Under the pieces are notes generated by a model. The model searched no databases. It was not told the origin of the DNA and saw nothing but the letters and a program-made list of their open reading frames with translations. This document shows positions 25,959 through 35,361 of a DNA stretch of 64,000 nucleotides, in pieces. The stretch lies in the NCBI GenBank assembly GCA_016209985.1, contig JACQVB010000152.1, forward strand, positions 9,539 to 73,538. Reading direction: 5' to 3'. The stretch's first letter is position 1. Each line of letters starts with the position of its first letter. The position numbers were made by a program, and so were the translations under genes. This stretch comes from Gemmatimonadota bacterium. GTDB lineage: Bacteria > Gemmatimonadota > Gemmatimonadetes > Gemmatimonadales > GWC2-71-9.

Positions 25959-26456
25959 ATGCCCCGCCTCGTTTTGTGCCTCGCCTGTCTCACCCTCCTG
26001 GCCTGTGGTCCGGCACCGCTAAGCCTCAGGGAACGCGCCGTCATCCAGCAGGGGGTCCGAGCCCGTCTGGATGATTGGGCCAAGGCGGTCAACAACAAGA
26101 ACCCGGATGGCTTGGCGTCGTTTTACCACCATGGGCCGGACCTAACCGTGGCTTGGTCCGATGGACGCCGCACCCGCGGCTGGGAGGAGGAGGACGCGGT
26201 CCAGCGCGACTTTCTGGGGAAGACGTCGCAAATCACCTTCACCGTGATTGATCCCGTGATAGATCCCGTCGCGCGAGGCGTGGCGATCGCCAACTACGGG
26301 GTCTCGGTCGATATGGACCAGGACGGTGTGCGCTCGGTTTCGGCCGGACAAGGGACCAGCGTGTGGGCCAAGGATCCGACCGACCAGGTCTGGCGCATCC
26401 GGGCATTGCACACGGGCCGCAAAGAGGTCGCGCCCCCTCCGACGCGGCGCAAGTAG
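25959..26456 (+). CDS. NTF2-like (SnoaL/DUF4440-type) lipoprotein
   Basis: ATG at 25959 after GGAGGA. Lipobox LTLLAC. The RARLDDWAKAVNNKNPDGLASFY pattern is typical of DUF4440/SnoaL-like folds. Confidence 0.6.
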   Translation: MPRLVLCLACLTLLACGPAPLSLRERAVIQQGVRARLDDWAKAVNNKNPDGLASFYHHGPDLTVAWSDGRRTRGWEEEDAVQRDFLGKTSQITFTVIDPVIDPVARGVAIANYGVSVDMDQDGVRSVSAGQGTSVWAKDPTDQVWRIRALHTGRKEVAPPPTRRK

Positions 26457-26488
26457 GAGGGAAGAGACCGGGACGCCGGCATCGGGAC

Positions 26489-27517
26489 CTAGAGGCCCAG
26501 CAGCTTCTCGGCATTCCCTCCGAAGATCTTCGCCTTGTCCCTGGCGGAGATCTCCAGCTCGCCGATCGACTTGACCATCGACCGGATATTCCCGATCTGA
26601 TGCGGGTAGTCGCTTCCCGCTAGGATGTGCTCGGCGCCGGCGAAATCGATGGCGAGCTGCAGGGCATGCGGGTCGAAGTTGACCGTATCGAAATAGAAGT
26701 CCCTGAGATACGCCCTCGGCGGACGCGAGATGTTCTTCCGGCAGGCCGCAAACGCCTTGTAGCCGCGATCCAGTCGCTCTGCCAGGTAGGGAATCGCGCC
26801 GCCCAGGTGGCCCAACACCCAGCGGATCCGCGGGTAGCGCTCCACCACTCCGCTGAAGACGAGCTTCGAGGCAGCCAGGGTCGTGTCCATCAGAAACCCG
26901 ACCAGCGGCATGAGCCAGTACTCCGTCATCGCTTCCACTCCGACCGGCGACTCCGGATGGATATAGAGGACCGCCCCCAGCCGGTTGGCTCTCTCATAGA
27001 GCGGCCAGTAACGCTCGTCCGCCAGCGCCACGCCGTTCACGTTGCTGAACAGCATCGCTCCGGGAAATCCCAGCTCGGTCATGGAGCGATCGAGCTCGCT
27101 CACCGCCGCCGCCGGGTCGTTCAGCGGAAGGGTGGCGAGCGCGGCGAACCGAGGGGAGCGCTCCCGCACGATTGTCGCAAAGGCGTCGTTCACCATCCGG
27201 GCGAACACCACCGCCGTCTGCGGGTCCTCCACATGGGTGCCGGGTGTGGTGAAGGTGATGACCTGGGTGTCGATGCCTTCTTTCTCCAGCACTTTCTGCC
27301 GGAAGTCGATGTCGCGGTGGCCGCGCACGGCCACGTTGTAATCGCCGGGATAGTAGATGACCGGGTTTCCCTCGCGATCGATCTCGCAACGGACTTTTGA
27401 CTTGCCCGACTGCAGCGCCTCGAGATAGGCTGGCGGATAGAAGTGGTTGTGGAAGTCGACGATGCGCGGTCTGCGATCGCTGGCGGTTTTGCCGCTTCGC
27501 CGAATCGGCTTCTTCAC
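26489..27517 (-). CDS. Amidohydrolase_2 family protein (ACMSD-like decarboxylase/hydrolase)
   Basis: IVDFHNHFYPPAYLEAL N-terminal HxH, GSDYPH near the C-terminus. Size and motif order fit PF04909-type enzymes. Confidence 0.75.
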   Translation of the reverse strand: MKKPIRRSGKTASDRRPRIVDFHNHFYPPAYLEALQSGKSKVRCEIDREGNPVIYYPGDYNVAVRGHRDIDFRQKVLEKEGIDTQVITFTTPGTHVEDPQTAVVFARMVNDAFATIVRERSPRFAALATLPLNDPAAAVSELDRSMTELGFPGAMLFSNVNGVALADERYWPLYERANRLGAVLYIHPESPVGVEAMTEYWLMPLVGFLMDTTLAASKLVFSGVVERYPRIRWVLGHLGGAIPYLAERLDRGYKAFAACRKNISRPPRAYLRDFYFDTVNFDPHALQLAIDFAGAEHILAGSDYPHQIGNIRSMVKSIGELEISARDKAKIFGGNAEKLLGL

Positions 27518-28893
27518 AGTGGCTCTCCGATAGATGGGGTATTTGGACTTCTCACTTCTGACTTCTCACTTCTCACTGCTTTTCGTGCCCACAGGTAATA
27601 GACCGGTATACCCAGCGCCACGAGCCCCAATCCGAAGGCACTCTCGCCCGGCGCCGAGATGATCTGGTTAGTGACGATCGCCGCGCAGGCGACGACGAAC
27701 ACGGCGGAAACGACCGGGAATCCCCAGATCCGGTACTGCGGCGCGTACCCGGGCCGCTTGCGGAGGACGAACAGCGCCACCGCCAACAATCCGAAGAAGA
27801 TCCATTCCGTGTAGACGACCCGGGTGAAGAGCACGCGGAATGAGCCGGTCGCAACCAACACTGATGACCAGATTGCCTGGGCGATGATGGCCCGGTGGGG
27901 CGTGCTGAACCGGGGGTGAATGGTGCCGAACCAGCGGAACAGCAGACCGTCTTGCGCCATGGAGTAGTACACCCGGGGCCCGGCAAGGATGACGCCGGAC
28001 AAGGCCCCGAAACTCGAGAATAGCACCAGTGCCGACATCACGCCGCCGCGGCCCGTGCCCAGCACCGCATCGGCTGCGTCGGCCGCGATGCGCGTGGATT
28101 TCGCGACCGCGTCGAGCGGCAGGATGTAGAGATAGACGGCGTTCATCGCGATGTAGCACACCGTCACGATCAGGGTCCCGATCAACAGGGCAGTCGGAAT
28201 GGTCTTTCGGGGATCGATGGTTTCTTCGGCCGCGTAGGTCACCATGTGCCACCCACCGAACGCGAACAGGCCGGCGACGAGGGCCAGGAGAAAGCTTCTG
28301 GCGGAAACGGAGGGAGCGGCGGGACCGCCGGTCGCGACGAAGTGTTCCGGAATACGGCTGCCGAGCGCGAATCCGACCACGATAATGAGCGCCACGGCCA
28401 GCACCTTGCCGATAGTGAATGCGGTCTGCAGCGCGCTACCCTGCTTGACGCCGAGGTAGTTGATGAAGGAAAGCACCAGGATCGCGGCAATGGCAACGAG
28501 GCGGATGCCGGCATCGCCCAGCGGCAGGAAATATCCCACGTACCGCGCGAACACCACCCCGATGGCCGCCACGATTCCGGAATGCATGCTCCAGAACATG
28601 GCCCAGCCCCAGAGAAACCCGAGCGCCGGCGAAAATGATTCTTTGAGAAACACGTACACGCCGCCGGTCCGCGGATAGGCCGACGCCAGCTCGGCACAAA
28701 CCAGCGCGCCGAACAGCGTGAGCATTCCCGCCACGATCCACACGACGAATACACCCGCCACCGTTCCCATGCGTCCGGTGATCTCGGAGGGCTGAACGAA
28801 GATCGACGCGCCGATGATGGTGCCGACCACCATAGCCGTCGCCTGGACGAGGCCGATGGTGCGGCGGAGACCCAAGGTGGGGGAAGAGGTCAT
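27514..28893 (-). CDS. APC-family amino acid permease
   Basis: 12-TM profile. N-terminal LVQATAMVVGTIIGASIF signature of the amino-acid/polyamine/organocation family. Its stop overlaps the start of the amidohydrolase_2 gene. Confidence 0.85.
   Translation of the reverse strand: MTSSPTLGLRRTIGLVQATAMVVGTIIGASIFVQPSEITGRMGTVAGVFVVWIVAGMLTLFGALVCAELASAYPRTGGVYVFLKESFSPALGFLWGWAMFWSMHSGIVAAIGVVFARYVGYFLPLGDAGIRLVAIAAILVLSFINYLGVKQGSALQTAFTIGKVLAVALIIVVGFALGSRIPEHFVATGGPAAPSVSARSFLLALVAGLFAFGGWHMVTYAAEETIDPRKTIPTALLIGTLIVTVCYIAMNAVYLYILPLDAVAKSTRIAADAADAVLGTGRGGVMSALVLFSSFGALSGVILAGPRVYYSMAQDGLLFRWFGTIHPRFSTPHRAIIAQAIWSSVLVATGSFRVLFTRVVYTEWIFFGLLAVALFVLRKRPGYAPQYRIWGFPVVSAVFVVACAAIVTNQIISAPGESAFGLGLVALGIPVYYLWARKAVRSEKSEVRSPNTPSIGEPL
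27546..27580. repeat. Solo heptamer array (complement of GAGAAGT family) inside the permease 3' coding end
   Basis: gacttct cacttct gacttct cacttct cactgct. On the minus strand it encodes ...AVRSEKSEVRS... of the permease tail. Confidence 0.8.
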
Positions 28894-28898
28894 GTCAC

Positions 28899-28995
28899 GA
28901 GAGTGAAGAGTGTAGCGTGAAGAGGGAAGAGTAAAACGGGCGGCGGTTTGGTCGTACTCTTCCCTCTCAACTCTGCACTCTTCACGTTCCCGTTC
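28899..28995. repeat. Tandem-heptamer hairpin element (GTGAAGA/GGGAAGA family), full palindrome
   Basis: Left gagagtgaagagtgtagcgtgaagagggaagagtaaaac. Right gtactcttccctctcaactctgcactcttcacg... Core GTGAAGAGGGAAGAGTA is shared with 41121-41246. Lies between the glbN stop and the permease start. Confidence 0.85.
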
Positions 28996-29470
28996 ACTTG
29001 TTCACGATGTCGTTCTTGGTACTCGCCACGATCCCCAGCAGCTCGTCTTTTTCTTTCTGCGGCACGGTGAACTTGTCGAGACTCTGGGCGAGGTATTGCG
29101 CCGCGACGGTGAACGCGGCTTCGCTGATATGCAGGTCCTTGTGTGCCGTGGGCATGTCGGCGCCGACGTAGACACAGGGACCGCCGGTGGCCGCGCACAG
29201 TTGATCCACGATCATTTGCCGCACCCGCTGCTTGCCCTTCTCGTCGACGTTTTCGAAATAGGCGGCCATCTTCGGGTCGCCCAGCATCCGCGACAGGAAG
29301 TCGTCGGTGACCGCCGCGATCGCGTCGTAGCCGCCCAGCCGTTTGTACAGCGAAGAGGTGGCCTCCGCCGGCGGTCCCGCTGGCGCTTCCTTGGCAGGAG
29401 TGGTTCGCCGGCATGCGGTGATCGTCAGGGCGATGGTTACCAACGTGAACCACACCGTAGTCGCCTTCAT
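28994..29470 (-). CDS. glbN: Group 1 truncated hemoglobin with lipoprotein signal peptide
   Basis: LYKRLGGYDAIAAVTDDFLSRML...AHKDLHISEAAF matches trHbN (2-on-2 globin) helices B-F. N-terminus MKATTVWFTLVTIALTITAC carries a lipobox. Confidence 0.75.
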   Translation of the reverse strand: MKATTVWFTLVTIALTITACRRTTPAKEAPAGPPAEATSSLYKRLGGYDAIAAVTDDFLSRMLGDPKMAAYFENVDEKGKQRVRQMIVDQLCAATGGPCVYVGADMPTAHKDLHISEAAFTVAAQYLAQSLDKFTVPQKEKDELLGIVASTKNDIVNK

Positions 29471-29674
29471 GCGCTGCTACCCTCCTAACGGAACAAGGTC
29501 GGTGAACCCGGGCGAGCAGAACTTAGCGGCAGGCCACCCCAAAGCCAGCGGACTGGATGGCGGCGAAGTTGTTTTTCCCGGCCCAACCATCCATTTTCTG
29601 ACCAGCTAAGGATCGGCACGCCGTCAGCCGTACCTCCGCCATTTCACACTCGTTCTTCCCCTTTGGAGGTCACC

Positions 29675-31129
29675 ATGAGTTGCACGCGCTTGTCCGCGTG
29701 GATCGGGACCGTCGCCTCTGGAATCCTGCTGGTCACGCAGGTAGCCAGCGCCCAGATCCAGGTCGGCGACCCGCGCATGAATGACGTGAGCCGGGGTTTG
29801 AAGCAGCCCCATTTCGGCGGCAGCAGCAACATCCATGTACTCTCGCACATTCCTCTCGGTGCTTGGTCCCACGTCATGGACATCGAGATGGAGCAGGAGC
29901 TGTCCCGGCCCTACGTCTACGTGGCCCGGGCCGACTGGAACAACGATCCGGAGCGGCCTCGCCAGACCGGCGGTCCGATTCAGTATCTGCCGGAAACCTC
30001 CAAGGGCGTGGACATCATTTCGATTAAGGATCCCACCCGCGCCAAGGTGCTCTACTCCTGGCGGATTCCCAATGGAGAGCTGCACCAGGGCACTGGCGGC
30101 ATGGACAACAAGTACTTCAAGCTCAAGGGCCGCTACTACGACATCCAGTCGCTCCAGTTCGGCAATGGTCCGGATGGCGATATCGGAGCCGTGGTCCTCG
30201 ACGTGACCAGCTTGCCCGATACGGCCGGTGTGCGCCAAGTGGGCTTCATCAAGATGCCGGATCAGAATGGTGGCTTCCACAACATCTTCATGTACAAGCA
30301 TTCGGATGGTCGCACCCTTCTGTTTACCAACGCCCGGCGGGTCTACGACATGGAGAAGTTCGTGGCCGGCGCACCCGATTACGGACTCATCGGTCAGGTG
30401 CCCGTGCCGGACGCGGCGGCGCAGGGCAATCCGAATGCCGGCTACCACGACGAGTACGTCGGCTACGACCCCGTCACCAAGCGCGACATCTTCTACGGCG
30501 CGGGCGCCGGCGGCTACCACGTCTATGACGTGAGCAAGCCCGAGACCCCGGTCCTCATCACCACGGTCCAGGGAGTCGCGGGCGTGCGCGGCGGCCACAC
30601 CTTCACGCCCGATCCCACCGGGCGCTATGCGGTAAGCGAAACGGAATACCAGTTTGCGCCATTGCGCATCTTCGATCTCAAGCCCGGCTTCGACGGCACC
30701 GTCAAGGTCATTTCGCGGCCCGTGGGCGCATGGCAGGGCACCTGGGACGGCAACGCCCACAATCACGAGGTGCGCTGGCCTTACGTGTTCGTGTCGGGCT
30801 ACATGGACGGGCTCCAGGTCTTCAACATGATGGATCCCACCAACCCGTACACCGTGGGCTACTACTACACCTGCGATTGCATGCTGCCCGGCGGCGCGAT
30901 CGGCACCGGCCAGAACGGTGGGATGGACGGCGCCTTCGGCGTGGACATCCGCAACGCCGACGGCGTGATCGTGATCAGCGACCGGCGCGGCGGGTTCTGG
31001 GCCTTCAAGATGGACGGGTTCGACGGCTGGAACGGCCACCAGTGGGGCATGCCCAACGTCTCCAGCGTGCAGGACTGGGACAATGGGCCCGACGGGGCAC
31101 CCAAGCCGAGCCGGGTGAGCATGCAGTAA
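29675..31129 (+). CDS. Secreted LVIVD-repeat-like beta-propeller protein (paralog 2)
   Basis: GGAGG RBS, then ATG at 29675 (the track ORF starts at the TTG at 29663). Signal peptide ...TQVASAQ. LVIVD-like strands such as GVDIISIKDP, AVVLDVTSLPD, GGYHVYDVSKPETP, YMDGLQVFNMMDPTNP and DGVIVISDRRGGFW. Confidence 0.75.
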   Translation: MSCTRLSAWIGTVASGILLVTQVASAQIQVGDPRMNDVSRGLKQPHFGGSSNIHVLSHIPLGAWSHVMDIEMEQELSRPYVYVARADWNNDPERPRQTGGPIQYLPETSKGVDIISIKDPTRAKVLYSWRIPNGELHQGTGGMDNKYFKLKGRYYDIQSLQFGNGPDGDIGAVVLDVTSLPDTAGVRQVGFIKMPDQNGGFHNIFMYKHSDGRTLLFTNARRVYDMEKFVAGAPDYGLIGQVPVPDAAAQGNPNAGYHDEYVGYDPVTKRDIFYGAGAGGYHVYDVSKPETPVLITTVQGVAGVRGGHTFTPDPTGRYAVSETEYQFAPLRIFDLKPGFDGTVKVISRPVGAWQGTWDGNAHNHEVRWPYVFVSGYMDGLQVFNMMDPTNPYTVGYYYTCDCMLPGGAIGTGQNGGMDGAFGVDIRNADGVIVISDRRGGFWAFKMDGFDGWNGHQWGMPNVSSVQDWDNGPDGAPKPSRVSMQ

Positions 31130-31210
31130 TTGCGATTGTGGATCGCGGATTGCGGATTGTTTGGAGCCGTGAAGTTGCGCCGCTCCAGACAATCCGCAAT
31201 TGTTTTTGGG
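31127..31210. repeat. Tandem-heptamer hairpin element (TGCGGAT family) acting as likely terminator
   Basis: Left attgcga ttgtgga tcgcgga ttgcgga ttgtttggagc. Right gctccagacaatccgcaattg followed by ttttt. Lies between the two tandem LVIVD paralogs. Confidence 0.8.
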
Positions 31211-31247
31211 TCCACACCGCTGTCGCTACCTGAAACAGGAGTAATTG

Positions 31248-32669
31248 ATGAGCAATCGTCTCCGTGGCTTCGTTATCGCCGCCGCGCTATCGGTCGTGAC
31301 CACGATGCCCGGGCTCGCCCAGAACCCTGACGCCGACCCGAGCCGCAGCGGCTCACGCAGCCTGCGAGCGCCGCACCTGGGTGGCAGCCGCAACGTCACG
31401 GTCGTGGCGCACGTGCCCCTGGGCGGCTGGTCGCAGGTCATGGACATCGAAATGGAGCAGGAACTGTCGCGGCCGTACGTGTACGTGGCCCGCGCCGACT
31501 TTCTGCCCTTGATGAACCAGCAGACGCCGGACGGCCGGATGTCGAAGGGCGTGGACATCATCAGCATCAAAGACCCGGCGCACGCTAGGCGCATCTACTC
31601 GTGGCGGGTGGAGAACCAGGAGCTGCACACCGGCCTGGGCGGCATGGACAACAAGTATTTCAAACTCAAGGGCCGTTACTATGACGTCCAGTCGCTGCAG
31701 TTCTTCCAGGGTGGACCGGATACCGATGTGGGCGCCACGGTGCTGGATGTCACCAACCTGCCCGACACCGCCGGCGTCAAAGAGGTCGGACGTCTGCATG
31801 CCTTCGGCCTTACGACCGGCTTCCACAACATCTTTGCCTACCGACATTCCAACGGGCAGACGCTGCTGATCGCGACCACCTCCGCTTCCTCCGCCAACGT
31901 GTATGACATGGAGAAATTCCTCGCGCGCGGGCCCCAGGACGGCATGGTCGCCAAGGTCCCCAATCCCGATAGCGTTTCGATGGGCATGAAAGGCTACCAC
32001 GATTTATACGTCGGCTACGATCCGACCAACCATCGCGACGTGTTCTACGGCGCGGGCCTGAACGGCTACTACGTATACGACATCAGCAACCTGGCCGATC
32101 CTAAACTGCTGACTTCGATCACCGGCGGGTCGGGGATCTTTATCGCCCACACCATCACACCCGACCCCACGGGCCGCTATGCGGTCGCTGAAGTGGAGTA
32201 TCAGTACTCGCCGCTGCGGATCTACGACCTCAAGCCCGGACTCGACGGCACCGTAAAAACGGTCTCCCGTCCCATCGGCGCATGGGCGAACTCGTGGGAC
32301 GGCAACGCGCACAACCATGAAGTCCGCTGGCCGTATGTATTCGTGGCCGGTTACATGGACGGTCTCCAGGTCTTCAACATGATGGATCCCACCAACCCCT
32401 ACACCGTGGGCGGTTACTACACCTGCGACTGCGTGCTTGGGGTCGGGAAGGAAGGCGCGGGCCAGGTGGGTGGCATGGACGGCGCCTTCGGGGTCGACGT
32501 TCGCAACGCCGATGGTCTGATCGTGGTGAGCGATCGCCGCAGCGGGTTCTGGGCGTTCAAGATGGACGGCTTCGACGGGTGGAATGGTCACCAGTGGGGA
32601 TTGCCTAACGCTTCCAGCGTTCAGGACTGGGACAACGGGCCGGAGGGGGCACCCAAGCAGGTCAGCTGA
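31248..32669 (+). CDS. Secreted LVIVD-repeat-like beta-propeller protein (paralog 3, tandem to paralog 2)
   Basis: AGGAG RBS, then ATG at 31248. Signal peptide ...MPGLAQ. Roughly two-thirds identical by eye to 29675-31129 along its full length, including the C-terminal FKMDGFDGWNGHQWG.PN.SSVQDWDNGP.GAPK. Confidence 0.75.
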   Translation: MSNRLRGFVIAAALSVVTTMPGLAQNPDADPSRSGSRSLRAPHLGGSRNVTVVAHVPLGGWSQVMDIEMEQELSRPYVYVARADFLPLMNQQTPDGRMSKGVDIISIKDPAHARRIYSWRVENQELHTGLGGMDNKYFKLKGRYYDVQSLQFFQGGPDTDVGATVLDVTNLPDTAGVKEVGRLHAFGLTTGFHNIFAYRHSNGQTLLIATTSASSANVYDMEKFLARGPQDGMVAKVPNPDSVSMGMKGYHDLYVGYDPTNHRDVFYGAGLNGYYVYDISNLADPKLLTSITGGSGIFIAHTITPDPTGRYAVAEVEYQYSPLRIYDLKPGLDGTVKTVSRPIGAWANSWDGNAHNHEVRWPYVFVAGYMDGLQVFNMMDPTNPYTVGGYYTCDCVLGVGKEGAGQVGGMDGAFGVDVRNADGLIVVSDRRSGFWAFKMDGFDGWNGHQWGLPNASSVQDWDNGPEGAPKQVS

Positions 32670-32676
32670 GCGAATG

Positions 32677-32705
32677 CGAGCCGACGCGCCGCCAGTCTCG
32701 GCTCG
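32677..32705. terminator. Candidate terminator hairpin between convergent LVIVD-3 and antiporter genes
   Basis: CGAGCCGA ... TCGGCTCG 8-bp stem with a 13-nt loop, followed by ttgg. Confidence 0.35.
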
Positions 32706-32728
32706 TTGGCGTCCAATGGGGTCGGCGT

Positions 32729-33922
32729 TCACGAAGGCGCGGGGGAAGGGCGATCTTCTCCGGTTTCGTGCCAGACGTCCATCTCGGGCGCTGGAAGTCG
32801 AAGGGCCCATCCAGGAATAACGGTGTTCGACAGCGTGTAGATCATCAGCCCGCCCGACAGGGCGGGCGACACCGTAAACGTCTCCTGCAGGATGTTGACA
32901 ATCACCAGACCGAACACCAGCGTCGGCAGCATGCTCACGCCGATGCGCGCACCCTCCCGCAGCGGCTCTCCCAGCGCCATCCGGCGGTGGAGCGCCACCA
33001 CCAGGACCCGCAGTGGCAACACGACGATGAGAAAGCCGGCGGCGAACAGCAACGCGCCGATGCCGAAGGCGTCCTTACGTAGGTGCAACCCGGCACTGAA
33101 GAAGTAGAACGGGATGAAAACGGAGGCGAAGACTTCTACCGCGTGGAGCATGCGCTCGGAGGCGATCGCGGGCAGGCGCATCCGGAAGCGCTGCGCGGTG
33201 ACCCCGGCCACGAAGGCACCCACCAGGTAGTAGACGCCCAACCGCCGCGTGACCGACGCGCACACCACGGCGATCATGAGCAGAAACGCGAACTCCGAGT
33301 TCGGGGCGTACGGCGCGATCCTCGCGGCGAATATCCGGAAGATCGCGGGCAGGAGCAGAATGATGCCGCCGAGGGTCAGGAGCGATAGCGATAGGCGGCC
33401 CGTATTGGTCGACTGGAGCGTAAAGAAGAGAACCACCAGAGCCACGATCTCGGTCGCGACCGCCTTGGACTTAATCCAGAAGCGCTCGGCGTCGGACACT
33501 CCGAGCGAAGGGAGGGAGTCGAGGATGAACCCCGTCGAGGGCGTCAGCAGCGCCAGTGCCACCAGGACGGCGGGCCGCCAACTCAGCTGGAACCCAGCTT
33601 GCACCATCCACGAGACCAGCGCTAGTGCCGCCAAGCCGAAGGCGACGTGCTGCAACAGCACACGCAGCTCGCGCCGGAGCTCGTGGAAGTCGATATCGAG
33701 TCCGGCGAACAGGAACAGGGACACGATGCCGAGGACGGCCAGCACCGCGATGGTGAGGTCCTGGCCGAAGAGGCCGAGCCCCATCCCCGCCACGGCGCCC
33801 AGCGCGACACAGGTGACCGCAGCGGGCAGGCGAAAGCGCTGCAGCACCCGCGGAATCACGAACAAGGCGAACAGCAGGACGACGTAGTCTAGTTCCGAGG
33901 GAAGCTTGGCGGTCTCCGGCAT
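32729..33922 (-). CDS. Cation:proton antiporter (CPA family, Kef/NhaP-like membrane domain only)
   Basis: About 12 TM helices. The N-terminal LFALFVIPRVLQRFRLPAAVTCVALGAVAG pattern is typical of the Na_H_Exchanger domain. No KTN/RCK domain. Confidence 0.75.
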   Translation of the reverse strand: MPETAKLPSELDYVVLLFALFVIPRVLQRFRLPAAVTCVALGAVAGMGLGLFGQDLTIAVLAVLGIVSLFLFAGLDIDFHELRRELRVLLQHVAFGLAALALVSWMVQAGFQLSWRPAVLVALALLTPSTGFILDSLPSLGVSDAERFWIKSKAVATEIVALVVLFFTLQSTNTGRLSLSLLTLGGIILLLPAIFRIFAARIAPYAPNSEFAFLLMIAVVCASVTRRLGVYYLVGAFVAGVTAQRFRMRLPAIASERMLHAVEVFASVFIPFYFFSAGLHLRKDAFGIGALLFAAGFLIVVLPLRVLVVALHRRMALGEPLREGARIGVSMLPTLVFGLVIVNILQETFTVSPALSGGLMIYTLSNTVIPGWALRLPAPEMDVWHETGEDRPSPAPS

Positions 33923-34173
33923 CAGTGAACGGCTCCGCAGTGTGACATGTTCTCGTCCTGGCGATCCGAAGTCCGCCTGGTGTGGTTCGGCGATCCATGC
34001 CAGGTGTTGCGACTTGCCCGGTGCAAGTTTGGCTCAGGACGGAGCCGGCCGGTAGCCCGGGTCTTCAGCCGCGGTCCATGCCTTCCGCATGGACCGACCG
34101 AGTGTCTCCCAGGAATCGCGGCCGCGTCGCTTCTCCGGCGCGCCCGATTCGGGTCTGCCGGGCGCAGTACTAC

Positions 34174-34185
34174 ATTGATATCAAT
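34174..34185. promoter_or_regulatory. AT-rich palindrome ATTGATATCAAT (site 1)
   Basis: Perfect 12-bp palindrome in the divergent antiporter/mscS intergenic region, 18 nt upstream of the mscS GTG and just before its AAGGAG RBS. Same core at 35275 and 38997. Confidence 0.5.
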
Positions 34186-34202
34186 AGTCCCGTCAAGGAG
34201 GC

Positions 34203-35267
34203 GTGCCCGTGTTCGATACCAACATCCTCGGCAACTCGCTCCGGCAATGGTCGTACGCGGTTCTGGTCGCGCTGGGACTGTTTCTCACGCTGCGCTTCCT
34301 GGTTCGCGTGGCGCACGCGCGGCTGGCGGCGTTCGCCGCGCGGACGGCGACGCTCTGGGATGACATCATCGTCCATGCGCTGGGTCGCACCCAGGCGTTC
34401 TTCATCCCGCTGCTCTGCCTCGCCGTCGGAAGCGCGGCGCTGGGTCTCCCCCCCGCGGCTCGGAGCGTGGTACGGGCCGCGCTGGTCCTCGGCGTCCTGT
34501 TCCAGGGCGGCCTGTGGCTGTCCGCCGGTTTCATGCGCTGGCTTCAAGGGTATGTCCAACGCCGGCTGACCGCAGATCGGGCCGCCGCGACCACCATGAC
34601 CGCGGTCGCCTTTGGTGTCAAAGCGCTACTGTGGTCCATCATTCTGCTGGTGGCGCTCGACAATGTCGGCGTCAACGTCACCACGCTGGTGACCGGGCTG
34701 GGGGTCGGCGGCGTGGCCGTGGCCCTCGCGGTCCAGAACATTCTGGGCGATCTCTTCGCATCGCTGTCGATCGTGCTCGACAAGCCGTTCGTCATCGGCG
34801 ATTTCATCATCGTGGACGAACTGCTCGGCTCGGTCGAGCACATTGGACTCAAGACCACCAGGGTGCGCAGTCTCTGGGGAGAGCAGGTGGTCTTCTCCAA
34901 CAGCGATCTGCTGAAGAGCCGGCTGCGGAACTTCGGGCGCATGGCCGAGCGCCGGGTCAGCTTCCAGCTGGGTGTGACCTATCAGACCTCGCGGACGGGA
35001 CTGAAAAAGATTCCGGGGATCATCCAGGAGGCGATCGAGGCACAGCCCCGGACCCGGTTCGATCGCTCGCATTTCAAGGCGTATGGCGACTTCGCGCTCA
35101 CCTTCGAGTCCGTCTACTACGTCTTGTCCCCGGAATACAACATGTATATGGACATCCAGCAGGCCATCAACTTGCGACTCCACCAGCGGTTCGAGGACGA
35201 GGGGATCGAGTTCGCCTATCCGACCCAAACGGTATACCTGGAACGCACTGGGACGCGGGGCACCTAG
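34203..35267 (+). CDS. Small-conductance mechanosensitive channel (MscS family)
   Basis: GLGVGGVAVALAVQNILGDLFASLSIVLDKPFVIGDFI pore-helix/beta-domain signature. Three or more N-terminal TM helices. RBS AAGGAG. Confidence 0.88.
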   Translation: MPVFDTNILGNSLRQWSYAVLVALGLFLTLRFLVRVAHARLAAFAARTATLWDDIIVHALGRTQAFFIPLLCLAVGSAALGLPPAARSVVRAALVLGVLFQGGLWLSAGFMRWLQGYVQRRLTADRAAATTMTAVAFGVKALLWSIILLVALDNVGVNVTTLVTGLGVGGVAVALAVQNILGDLFASLSIVLDKPFVIGDFIIVDELLGSVEHIGLKTTRVRSLWGEQVVFSNSDLLKSRLRNFGRMAERRVSFQLGVTYQTSRTGLKKIPGIIQEAIEAQPRTRFDRSHFKAYGDFALTFESVYYVLSPEYNMYMDIQQAINLRLHQRFEDEGIEFAYPTQTVYLERTGTRGT

Positions 35268-35274
35268 TGATTAG

Positions 35275-35286
35275 ATTGATATCAAT
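35275..35286. promoter_or_regulatory. AT-rich palindrome ATTGATATCAAT (site 2)
   Basis: Perfect 12-bp palindrome 8 nt after the mscS stop and 76 nt upstream of the otsB ATG. Confidence 0.5.
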
Positions 35287-35361
35287 ATAGTGCCTGGCCT
35301 CGACGCGGGGTGTTTCGGTCGTGGGGACCTCGCCCCGTTCCCTCCCCACGCAGGAGCCACG

